DNA from: Lingula anatina
Lineage: Eukaryota > Animalia > Brachiopoda
Assembly: GCA_051362555.1 (NCBI GenBank)
Contig: CM120640.1
Coordinates: 4,712,001 to 4,776,000 of the forward strand
DNA length: 64,000 nt
Direction: 5' to 3'
Both the position numbers and the translations under genes were made by a program. Below the pieces are notes generated by a model. That model was not told where the DNA came from. It was given only the letters and a program-made list of their open reading frames with translations, and made no database searches. Positions 50,417 through 62,520 of this stretch are shown here, piece after piece. Position 1 is the first letter of the stretch. Each line of letters starts with the position of its first letter.

Positions 50417-51540
50417 CACATTCTAAACATAACAACTTTACATGGCGCTTGGTTCAGTATGTTACATTTCTGAGTCAACAATGAATGGGTCATGTGGGTG
50501 ATACAAATAAACCGCCCGCATTAAGTCAAACTATATCGGTTGGTTGGTTGAAGCTGGGTGACACAAGAGAAGCATTCCAGTTCTTTTATTTGTCAGTTTT
50601 TTTATTCTCCAGTTACGCTGTATATATTTCGTTAAGCGGGCTATCATATTTTGTCACACAATGTTTTGGCTTCAGAAGCCTTTTTTTAGTTATTCTTTAT
50701 AACGCAATGCAATAATTCCAAATAAAGTATTTATAGAAGAGGAGTGTTGAATCGATGTACCTAGAATTAAAAATATACTCAAGCCGGCAAGTGGGCTACG
50801 TCATCATGGACTCCTTACAGTGGCTGCCTCTCCTCCCTCTACAAAATACCCTGATCCCCTGTCGTCTTTATTCCCTTGTGATACGTTGGTGAATGTGTAT
50901 CTTCACTAAGTATGAAAAAGTATGGCTTGATATGAGCTAGTAAGCACTTGTAGTATTATACATGTAGGCCTATATGGCGTTTGGGAGGGGCCAGAGGGCT
51001 AGGCCTGCTTATTCAAAACCACAGCTGGTTTAAGTTGTTCAATAATAAATTTAATACTAAACAATGTAGAGAGTCATCCGGCCGTATTTACCCAAATAAT
51101 TTTTTTAATCTAATACTGGACTTTCAATTTACTCTTTGGTTACGTACCAAGACAGAATAGTTCTACCTGTCTTTTCGATCAGCAGACGGGCTGAAATCTC
51201 CGAGAGGGAGACACAAATTAAATTAAGTCCAGTAAAGTAATATTTATTTATCAAGAATTATAATATTCATCATCATAATCCTTTTAATATCTCTATTTCG
51301 TATCAGATCAACTCAAAAAGTGAACAGAAGTCCGATACGAGAAGAAAAAGTACGCGATCTGAACAGACTATTTCATATTAAATAAATCGTTGAAATGTAA
51401 ATTGCTGTAGTTGAGCAGTGTCTGAACACAGCGCACTCAATAACGCAACCAAACCAGTAGAGCTGGTCATTGTGATCCCACTACCAAGGAACGTCGAGAT
51501 CGTTATCAATACTAACATGCACCGGTATTTTATCATAATA

Positions 51541-52840
51541 GGGGAGACCGGGGCTAGTTGGCCCAGTTAGACACTTTTGGCCTTGTCGAGCCAACTAGGA
51601 GTGGGTTAGAGTAACAAAACCGGTTTCAAAGTAAGCCCCATGAACTAAGCTACGTATGCAACGTCATTATTTTTCAAATATAATGCCAGGTGGCTCACAA
51701 TTTGACAAAAAACGCAGTTGACGTCAGGGGGGCCAACTTGCCCCGCCATGGGGCAAGTTGGCCCCAGGGTCGGGGCAAGTTGGCCCCCCTATACGAAAAT
51801 GAAGTATATATCCCATGTAAACGCCTTGAAATACATTTTTATAAATTTTTAATTTATTTAATTGATTTTTGAGAGTCTTTGATGAATAAACAGTTCAAAT
51901 GAGGCAGATTTATTGAGGTTTCCGTACGTCACGTTGTTGGGGGGGGGGGGGGGGGGGTATGTGTTGCAAGAACCAAAATATCTATCAATAAAATGTGTTT
52001 TGTTTTAATTAAGAATAAATAAATAATGGTATAAAGAAGGTTTTTAATGAATGAAAACGAATAATAAATTTTCTTTTTAAAAGAAAGTAACAAATTCAGT
52101 TTTAAACCATTGAGTTTGTTTCAACAATGGTCTCTAGCTAGGGAGGGGTGGAAAATCCCCTTGGGGCCACATATAACACTATAAATACAAAGGGAATCCC
52201 CTTACAATGAATTAAGGCAAAATAAATGTTTTTCTACGGAAAGTCCAATGGATTTGCTTTTTAATACTTACAATCAACAGAATATTTCTAATATAAATTT
52301 TCAAAAAGACATCAGAGAGAAAATTAAAAAAAAAAAAACAATCAGACGGTAATAGACATCGGCAAGCTTTGTCAATTTCATCAACTTGTTTATTTCAAAC
52401 AGCGTTGCGCGCAAAGGTTTGTGGGTAATATGAGGGTCCAACTTGCCCCGAGTCAAGGGGGCCAACTAGCCCCGGGTGCACATTATTTATTTTAAAGGAT
52501 GGTAGCCATTTATGGTGCTAGAATGAGCAACGATGATACATATCTGTGAAACTTGAAACAATGAGCTTCAGTTTGATGCCCTATACATATCTTATATTCG
52601 ATCAAAAGCCTATGAAAATAGATTTTTAAATCTCTTAAACAAAATTACTTTTAGGTGCAAAAATCATTTATTTCGACTCACCGCTTAAGTAAAACTTTTT
52701 AACGTCCGACACTTCCTTAGCATTGTAGGCTACGGTCACTTTGCAAGAGTATGTGGCCAATTTTTTTACCTCGTAGTTACTTTTTCATAAATTGACGGGG
52801 GGCCAACTTACCCCGGGGTCCAACTAGCCCCGGTCTCCCC
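51541..52840. mobile_element. 1.3-kb non-autonomous DNA element with TA flanks (Tc1/mariner-pogo-like)
   Basis: TIRs GGGGAGACCGGGGCTAGTTGG and CCAACTAGCCCCGGTCTCCCC, both flanked by TA; internal GGGGCAAGTTGGCCCC/GGCCAACTTGCCCC copies at 51730-51790, 52436-52475 and 52797-52815. Confidence 0.85.
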
Positions 52841-55582
52841 TAGTCTCTGATGGCATTGCCTCAATATGCTTCAAGTCAAATTTTGAATTCTACCAATGTA
52901 GAATCATATAAATTTTGTTAGCAGGAAGTAAATATTAAAACAGATTTTGGTGTTTTTCCTGTCTAATTAAAATCTAACCTTTCCGTTTGTATAATATACT
53001 TTTTAAAACATATGTACAGAAAAATCAAAAGCCGCGAACGCAATCTTTTAAATCAGTCTTTCATATCTTTTTTTCTTCCTGTAAAAGGCAGTCATTAAAA
53101 ACATAAAGCCCCCCCCCCCCCCCCCCCCCCTTTGTGCGATAGGTGAAACTGGCATCGCTGTGGTCGTAATAAAGGGGCACAAGCATCGCTTTGGTTGCAG
53201 AATGAATGCTCAATGATCGGCACGTCAAGTATTTTTATTTTACTCTCAAACGAGGCCGTACTGTGGGACGCAGAAAGGACGCCGTCCGGTGTAAGGGGGG
53301 CTTTAAGAAATGCATGTAGAGTTTACAAGACGGTTTATAGTAGGTCCTGGGAGACCCGCGGTTTAACGGGCTATATAGGTACTACAAACAGGTAGTGATT
53401 TTCAATAGTGGTATCTGCAAGCCAAGATATTCAGAGCGATTGGAGAACTGTCTCTTCACAAACATTAAATAATGAAAAATAATAAATAAATAAATAAATA
53501 AATAATAAAATACTCATAAAATACTCATTAAATATTATCGTTAAAAATCACAAGTCAACATTCAAAATTTGCCCAATAAGAAACAGTTAAATAATTTTAT
53601 TGTTCTGAACAATAAACAGAGGAAAATCGTCACACAGACAACTTTGATATAAATGCGCCGAAAGCAATACATTTTGACACACTGGAGACAATGCAATTTA
53701 CACACTACAAACACATAGTAAATAAAATACGATTCAGCTACGCATTTCACACCATCTACTTACAGGACAAGAAAACCGTATGGTGCAGTCGAAATAACGA
53801 AGACTGCTCGTCTCTTAGTTATTATATTAATGTCTCATATAATATGTTACCTAAAGTAGTGAGGTTCCTAGTTTTACAGATATTGTGACCAAGCTCATAG
53901 CCGATATACACAAAGCGGAAAAGAGAAATTTTAAAAATACTGCAAAGTAACCAATATATACAATATTCTCAAAATATTTTCTAATGTTATTCACCAAAAG
54001 AGGTAACGCTGTAGTGTTCCGTAAAACTAAAATGTTCCCCATCAACCGCATGTCGTAATGGTTTGACCCACAGATGCAGTATTTCATTGGGGAACAATCG
54101 AGGTATTCTTCTATACAATAATGCACATACTTCTTTGACAAATACACTTCCTGCGCAGATAAGTGTATGTGTTATATTACAACATTTTATTTTTTACACA
54201 CATAGTTTTGTCTCTATTCAATGCAGAATGTTGACTTACACATTAATTATTCAATAAGCTACTTTAATGTCTCTACATTTTAGACCATATGGCACTCGTG
54301 AGGAAAAGAAAATCCCCTAAAAGCATAACAATTCAATAGTTTGAATACGAAGAACGAAGAGTATTTCGCATTAATACGAAGAGAATCATCCTCTGTAGGA
54401 AAATCGAGTTTAATAAATCTGTTCACATTCAGAATACATTATGAAACCATCGTCGGGCTTTTGCAAAGCCCCGCTTACATGCACATATTTGTCTTCACTT
54501 TAGGAAATCATCAACAACTCTTACCCTATGCAAGATGTATAACAATCTCAAAATTCACGCAGTGCTAGTCCTTTGGTGATAACTACAATCATGAGGTAAT
54601 AAAGTTGTTTGTTTTTCTTGCTTGCGATACCTGCCTGTCAATTCTACATTTAAAACTACCAATTGTCATGTAGGTCCAATGGAAATGATATTGCATGACA
54701 TTCTGAAAGCACAGCTCTCTGAACGAAGAGATATAGAAAACAGTGCTATTTGTTCCTTCAATTCCCTTAGGATGAAGTCTACCTGAGATGCTATTATACA
54801 AACAGGTTGGTCAGCAGCTCCCGATGCTGCATCGGATACATGTATTATACATATTGCTGGTGCTGTTTGCCTCGTCATTATGATATCTTTTCTTTTCTTT
54901 TTTTCTTTTTGTCTACATACTGCATGTAAAACTGCATCACGATGATGAAATGAGGTAATATAGATAATAGCTATAACGGCATAGCCGTACATAACTTGTA
55001 ATAGGTCCACAACAAACACTGACATTCTAGAAAGCAAAAAAAAACTTTTAAACAGTTTTTTCACAAAAGTAGCATCCCTTATAATAGACATTAACCCTGA
55101 AATACCAATTTCGGTTTTATAAACTTAAAAATGATCCAAAAAAAATTAAAGATTGTATTCAGTAATGTTATACAATTAATTAAACACTATATAGGTAACT
55201 ATTATTAATATGATTTAAAACAATTTGTCTTGACAACCTTGCATTTTTCAAGCATCTTTACACATGAAAAAAGTCTTGACATCCAAGAACAGCTTGACAA
55301 AACTCACAGGCTGATCCAAAAACCGATTGAAGGGTCCAAATACATGTTTTGAACGGCACTCAAAAGCTTATCATCTTCTATGGCAGCGTTACACCATCCC
55401 TCGCATACCGTTCTAGCATAGGCACCTGAGAGATTTACTGACCAAAAATATATATTCCAAGATAAACTTATACCCGCAAGGAACCCGCTTATAACGAGGG
55501 TATGTGGATTTTACTTTAAGTGTAAGTTATATATATATATATCTATATATAAGCCGCATTTCCGTTATTTGATCCTCGACAC

Positions 55583-57139
55583 CTATTTGGAATCCGTATT
55601 TTCCTCTGTCGATCCATTTTCACTTTTCCCACCAGAGGACCGCTTTTTCTCAATCATTCCACGCAGCACCGCGATTTCTTCTGCTAGGCCTTGTAGTTCT
55701 GTCCGAAGCGTCTTGTTCTCGTTCTCTAGATGATCTGTCTTGGCCTTACGCTGTTGGATGAGAGCCTTTCTGTTCTCGCGGCATTTGCGTGCAGCTTCGT
55801 TATTTCTTCGGCGGCGCTCGGCATATTTCGGATCAATGAGGTATCTGGAATTCCCTGCCCCATAAGCAGTTTCAGAATCTGAGGTATGAGAGGCGGCCTC
55901 CGAATCACTGTCGCTGGTGTATGTGTTCACATCTTCTGCAATGACCAAGCGGTTTTGGCCTTCCACGTCTTCCGCAGTGCCTGGCATATCTGGCTTACCT
56001 TGATGAGTTGGTGGCACGGACGAGGATCCTGCGGTTGACGGTGTCTTGGACTCGCTTGGCTTTTTTGGAACGCACGTCAGGTTCAGTGGACTTTCACTTA
56101 CAGCCACCTCAGCGAGGGCATGCAAACCATCAGGGGCGTTTTTTCTTTCGGACAGCTTTGTGATCGCAGGAGGTATCACTCTGAAATTATTGACCATTGG
56201 CAAAACATTTGGAGCAAGTCCCGAATGCATCAATAACGTGTTGAAGGCACTGGCATTCATATTGTGCGGGAACATGGCCGAATTAAGATGCGCAGGAATA
56301 AGAGGTAACTGCATGTGAGGAAGAGACGTTTTGGAGCCCATAAACTGAGGAAAAGAATTTACTGCGGCATGGTTGGTGTTGACTTTCTCGGGAGTGCATG
56401 CTCCTGCCGCCCTGAGCGCTGCAGAGATGGAGTTCTCTGGTGGTGTAGTTGTGGTAGACATGCTGGTTTTGATTGAATGCGTTGTGATACCAGTGGCAGC
56501 GACGTGCTTGGAAACCGCCGGAGATCTGGTGATTACACTTGAGGTAGTTGAGTCGCGAGAGTCATGGAGAAAGTCATCTGGTGGTTCTACTTTTATCTTT
56601 TTTGTCGGAGGTTCCTCACTCACCTGTTGCCCGGACACAGGCGGATTGGTGTTGCTGTTGGCGCTTTCGCCTTGAGAATCTGAGTCTACTTTCATTGAAG
56701 AGTTCTCGTCAGAGAAACTTGTGTCATCTGGAACTCCGAATTTCTGTTTTAATGCTGCCAGTTCTTTCCTGAGGGAATCGTTTTCTTGACTAAGTTTAGT
56801 TATCTGTTGTTCTGTTTTCATATCATGGAAACGCCTTTTTTCGCGAGATCTCTTTGCGGCTTCATTATTGCGGCGTCTTTTGTCCCAGTATTTGAGGTCT
56901 TTTCTTTCCTCTGGAATAAATTCTCTCTGGCGTCGAGGAGGTATGATTTTAGGGGTGACTGTTGGACCACCAGATTCTGCGCTGATGGCTCTGGCTGGTG
57001 TATGGATATTGCTTACTAACATAACTGGTTTTACTACCGCTACGCCCGATGTGACCACAGACTGGGGGTACGGCTCGTTGGAACTCAGAGCAGCTTGAAG
57101 CTTGGAGTACTTCGGTTCAGCTTCTTCGTCGGTGGACAT
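55583..57139 (-). CDS. NFIL3: NFIL3/E4BP4/vrille-like bZIP transcription factor with a second, C-terminal bZIP (518 aa, single coding exon)
   Basis: N-terminal RRQREFIPEERKDLKYWDKRRRNNEAAKRSREKRR...LSQENDSLRKELAALKQKFG is the NFIL3 signature. The second basic-zipper is DPKYAERRRRNNEAARKCRENRK...LENENKTLRTELQGLAEEIAVL. A splice acceptor TTTCTAG lies 3 nt before the ATG. Confidence 0.85.
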   Translation of the reverse strand: MSTDEEAEPKYSKLQAALSSNEPYPQSVVTSGVAVVKPVMLVSNIHTPARAISAESGGPTVTPKIIPPRRQREFIPEERKDLKYWDKRRRNNEAAKRSREKRRFHDMKTEQQITKLSQENDSLRKELAALKQKFGVPDDTSFSDENSSMKVDSDSQGESANSNTNPPVSGQQVSEEPPTKKIKVEPPDDFLHDSRDSTTSSVITRSPAVSKHVAATGITTHSIKTSMSTTTTPPENSISAALRAAGACTPEKVNTNHAAVNSFPQFMGSKTSLPHMQLPLIPAHLNSAMFPHNMNASAFNTLLMHSGLAPNVLPMVNNFRVIPPAITKLSERKNAPDGLHALAEVAVSESPLNLTCVPKKPSESKTPSTAGSSSVPPTHQGKPDMPGTAEDVEGQNRLVIAEDVNTYTSDSDSEAASHTSDSETAYGAGNSRYLIDPKYAERRRRNNEAARKCRENRKALIQQRKAKTDHLENENKTLRTELQGLAEEIAVLRGMIEKKRSSGGKSENGSTEENTDSK

Positions 57140-58659
57140 CCTCTAGAAATGGATACATTGATTAACTATAAAATTATACAACAAGGCAGCACAGCTGTCT
57201 AATGGTAGGTATGTAAGTGTCATTGACATTAAAACAGTCTAAAATTTGAAACACATGTTGCATCTTCAGTATATTTCAATAAAATTTTGAATAAATCGTA
57301 ATTAATGTTATTTTCAGATTGTCACTGAAAAATCTGTTGAAAATTTTATTTGCCCAGAATCTCCCTCAACTTGTATTTAATATGTATCGTTTTTCACTAC
57401 TGCACTGCATTTTCCTTCGCTGCATCGTGACCTTTAAACTTGACTATAATCCCCGCAAAACGAACTCGACTCTACCCGCCCCCCCCCCCCCCACCCCAAT
57501 ACACCAAAAGCAGAATGGCAATTTGTGAATTTATTTGCTTAATTCATGAAGAGTGAAATAATAACACTAAATTTTAAATTATGTACTAGTTATTGCTATT
57601 AAGGACACCATTAAAAACATAGAATTGAATAGCCATGGCGATGACATCTACAAAATGACAATTTGTGTAAAGCATAAAATCACAAAAAAAAAAAAGAAAA
57701 AAAAACATAACCTATAGAAAAAGAACGCAATCAAATTGTTTTTGTTCAATTGAAGCTGCATATTGGTTCTATGAAAATTTGGTTCTATTGAAAATTGGGG
57801 AATGTTAGCTAACACGATATTTCATTTATTTTGTTAATAACAAAATCGTATTGCAATATAATAAGTAGCACATATACCGTATATGATCATGCACTATTCA
57901 TATTGTGGACATAAAAAATTATGACTATCTCAAGGATTACTACCCATGAGAATCCAAACACACATCTAAAGATTGTCAATTGTAATATCAAAACTTTTAA
58001 AGGATTAACATGCCTTTGGGGTAAATATACAGGCTATCAAAAATAGATGGAATCGATAAAAGGTAACATGTATCCCCCAACGTTGAAGAACGCAAAATCC
58101 TTTCCCTTTGGCCTTTACTTTCGTGCTTTCTCAAGTTCAAACCTTGTTTTTGAAGACTGCGTCCAAATTTGTCCACGCATTTCATTAAAAATGATGAAGC
58201 TTCAATGCAGTCTCGCCCAATGTGTAACTGTTCACACACTAAATCTTTTGATAAAATCTTTGTAACGCTCACTTTTTACCGTCATCGGCTTTGTTCAAAG
58301 CAACATGCATTATTCGACAAGGAGCAAAAAAATCAATACCTCGAGCGTAATACGTCATACTTTCGTTTTGCTATTTTTTCTGTGCCTGGGCATTGACATT
58401 TGAAACATTTGACATGGAAGTGGAGTGGAAGTGAAACCCGTTTGTGTATTATCAACAAAGTCCTTTGTTCGGAGTGAATTTAGAAAAAAATGACTGTATG
58501 AGGATTAATTTTTACACTGTTGATTATCTTTAGTTCTACTGTCACTAATCCCCAATACATGCCTACAAATGTGCTCATTATTGATTGAAAAGATCGACTG
58601 GCTAATACCTCTCCCGTCGACCCGCGTATTGAAATAAAAGATATATACAAAAACAAATC

Positions 58660-58830
58660 CAATCGGGCTTTTTACGCCCAAAAAGGAGCATAAAAATAAC
58701 TAAATTCATTATCTTATGTGGAAAAAATCCTAGGGTTCTTACAGTGCACGTGTCTAAATGGCCGCTAACCCAGTTTTACTGGCCTATGTCCTGGTGGCCC
58801 GGATTGAACTTAGCCTCAGGTGATAGTTGC
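58660..58830 (-). mobile_element. Decayed tRNA-derived SINE, possibly Meta-core type
   Basis: On -, a B-box-like AGTTCAATCC followed by GTGCACTGTAAGAACCC, resembling the Meta-SINE core GTGCACGTTAAAGAACCC (recalled, not searched). Confidence 0.35.
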
Positions 58831-59199
58831 TGAGGTCGTCCACATACAGCAATATTGATTTCTTCTCCGATGCCACCTAGGGGGCGCTTTGGGTTGTATA
58901 AATTAAAAACATCGAACCTTCAATTGAGATTTGAATTCGTTAAAAGATTTAGGGGTCAGTCAAGTTTCCATTACGCGTTTAGGTCTTCTGAGTTGAACAT
59001 GATACTGCCCCGTGCACAGGTTAGGTAAACACCAAGAGACAGATGCATGGCGTTAAAATGTCTAAGGTTGCTTGCTTTAATCATGCTGAAGTTTCACTTC
59101 TCTAAAGGCAAGGGCATTTTGATAAATATTCCTCTGATTGGCGGTCGTTTCATTATACCACGTTACTATTCATAGCGTTGACCTCATTTTTGTAAGAAA

Positions 59200-62100
59200 G
59201 CAGGTAATCTCGGGTCAACCATAACGTCACGCGAACAATATATAACCAGATAGTGTAGATACCTTTAGATCAATAATGGACTTACGTAAGTTTTACTGGT
59301 ATAAAGGGATTTAGACCGCGCCTTGTCAAATCTTGCCGGTGTAGAAGCGTCTTCCTCTTTAGATAGCCGGGATGCTATTTTGCAAAGGTTTCATGTCTGA
59401 AACCCTTTAATTTTTTTGCCTGACAAACGAAATCTTTCGTTCCAAAAAGAAGAAACATGCAGCACAAATAAATAGCTTAACGACCTTCACGTCGCACACG
59501 CACTAGTTAACGCGCTTACCGAAGGTTCAATGTACTTTCATTCTATCATATTGTAACACATGCAGATAAATAATTTATCCATAAAACTTATTGGTTCACT
59601 TTTTCCCCTACTAGCTGTGCCGTTGTTAGGCTACTTCTGTAGACTACTCGCCACACTCCTTTTGATGGGTATATCGACAATGAGATGTTTACATGTTCGG
59701 GTCACTCCAGGTCACGAGGCCTTAGTTCACCATCATGAATATTCTACGCTTTATAAACAGGCTGCGCTGGGTCGATAAACTGTTACCTGAGCGCACAGCA
59801 GGTTTCATAAATACACGGGTAAAGAATAAACTGATCAAACAATGATGGGCAACCTGAATTCACAAGAACTCGCACAAACAAGGCGAATTGAATAACCAGC
59901 GGATGTATGTGCGGTGAATCGACCTCACATTGCATGAGCTAATAGGCAAATGACGAAATACTTGGCTGATGATGCTTGGGTACAAAATCTATATGGCCAT
60001 TATACTTAATGGAGATTGCGATTCATTTTTATAAAATATTTCAAGAAAATAAATGCAAGACAACAGCGATATTTGCATTAGTCGATAAGGAACTTAATTA
60101 CTCAGTGCATATAGGTCTTTACTTATATTATAAAAAGTTACCAGACGAATCAATACGATATTTAGAAATCAATACAAAATGTTTAGGCGTCCCTCCGATT
60201 TTTGATACCACGAGTCTGCTCATTACATTTGGTAATATTAAACTACCTGCAAATTTGGAAGGGTGGTCGAAAACAGCATTTAAATTGTTGTTTACTAACT
60301 ACTGAATTTCACAAAAGGCTAATTTAGCGTGATGTAACAAATGTGTCCACGCCATGCATGTTGTTTAACATGTTGTTAAATATTTTCATCAAAACAATCA
60401 TAATTTTCTCCCGGTTACATCCTTTCTTTGCTCCTGGGCTCGAGCTCCAGTTAATCGCACACGATAGATTACAGCAGACGACCACTGGATGCTGAAATAT
60501 TTACTCTGATATTTCCTGAGAGGTTACGTCAGCTGATCCTTAAGACCAGCCTGCAGTATTGGCCAGGAATGATGTAATGGTAGGTCGGGCAAATAAACTA
60601 ATGAAACGCCAATCTTACGAACTTAATTCTGGACGCCAGAGTCATATATGTACTGCAGTCGATCTACTTTATAACACTTTTGAGAAAACCAAAAATCGCG
60701 GTGAAGGATGGAAACATTTTATCAAAATATTTGTACGTAAAGGCAAATACAACACTGATAACACGATCCTTTCTCCTGAACATATAAATTGCAGCATATA
60801 GTTTAAGCTGGGTTATACGGATTTGTTGTGTAATATCATTTAGAACGTGAGATAACAATTTGGCCACTCTGACACGGTACTATACCGAAAATTATTCGGG
60901 CCAACAAAAAATATATTTTGTTACAATGTTAAAACTACATACAGTGCGAGTGGATATGAACAGTTTGATAATTTTTGTTAAAAGTTGTTGACATGAATTT
61001 ACAAGATAACAGATGTTCACCAATAAACTCATGATAACGTGCTGCCGGTGTGTTAAATGTGTGTCAAGATTACCTAACATCTTGTTACTGAAAAAAAAAG
61101 GAAATTATCTTCAACTGTTTGACCATCTGCTGCTGTAAACATACCTTATAAGATCCCATATTGCATGAACAGTGGTTTCTTGGCTTAATCTATATAAATC
61201 CTTCAGCAGTTGTGACACTGTGACAATGTTCTGTCGTAGTTGTTTTCTGTCGATCGGACAAAATCCTTCTGAGCTAATTCAATTTGCTAAAGGGTACTTC
61301 AATCGAACTCTAAAGGCATTTCCGTGTCACAGGAGGATTGCGATTCTATTTACGTGCGTTACCTTAAATGAACCCACTTTAATGGCACTAGCGACTGGAC
61401 TCACCTCATTTCACCTCTGTTATTTCACCTCACGAGGACATTGGCATTCCAGTTCAATCGCGCCCAGTTTTCTATGCTCTATCTGCGGCATCCCTGAAAA
61501 CGTAGTTGGATAAGCTTCACAGAACCCAGTCTTATGTAACATTAGTATCTAATCTGACGTAACAGAATTGGACTAAAACCACACCTACCGCTCTGACGTC
61601 TATCGTTACCAAATGACCTTAGATAACACATATATGTGAATGCAACTATAACATCGACAACGCTTGACCCGACTTCATCAACAGAAGGCCTTACCCATAT
61701 CTGTACTGCTTTAAATGGTTCCTGATCGAGTTTTAAGAATCTTTAGTGATCAATAAACATGACATACAACACAAAACTACGAACTGTTCGACTTAAATGC
61801 AATAACCATACTTACATAACACTTACATAATTAGTGGTGGACTGCAGCACATTTCTAGATTAAATAATGACCTCACTATTGCGCGCGCAGCGCACAAGCA
61901 AAAAAATTCAAGATGTCTACAACTAACCCAGTTTTTGGTGTATTCTTCCACCTGATGACGTGTGCGTACTGGTTTACCCGACAAGGTCACCGGCTTGGCC
62001 GCAATAAAACTACTGCTGCCTATGAGGTCATCGAGACGCAGAGATTTCCAATTTAACAGTAAACCAGGCCGGCAGAACTAACGGATGATTAATTGAGATA

Positions 62101-62520
62101 ACTTCTTGGCAAGCGTGGTTATGACAGTGTTTTTCGGTCCACCTACATTCGCTCGATATTGCCCATGTTCTAAGGTCATGTTAAGGATACCAGCCGCCTG
62201 CTGCATTAATGATTGTGTTAGATACGACAGCTGTGAACTTTTATACTGGTTCATATAACATGATATAAAATTGTTCATCTTAGAATTTACGTTAAGGTCA
62301 CAAGGGATTCAATTGCTGTCGAACCCACAGAACAGCTGAAACAACACGCCCCCTCTAACTTATCACAAATCTGCCACATATAATAAACGGTCAAAATTAG
62401 AACAATATCCAACAGACGTCTTTTATATGAATTTCATAATAATAAAATTAATCTTTCAGCAAATAAATGTATCTTCATGCACGTACGTAATAACATGTGC
62501 CCTGCGTTACGTTAGTGTTA
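59200..62520. promoter_or_regulatory. bZIP/nuclear-receptor motif-dense regulatory region upstream of the NFIL3-like coding exon
   Basis: TTAYGTAA matches at 59282, 61532, 61812 and 61823; GTTACGTCA at 60523; TGACGTAAC at 61555; DR4 GGGTCActccAGGTCA at 59699; several AGGTCA half-sites. Confidence 0.55.

Noticed and set aside
54666-55091. 141-aa - strand ORF downstream of the NFIL3-like gene
   Set aside because: Lies in the probable 3'UTR, with no protein-like motifs.
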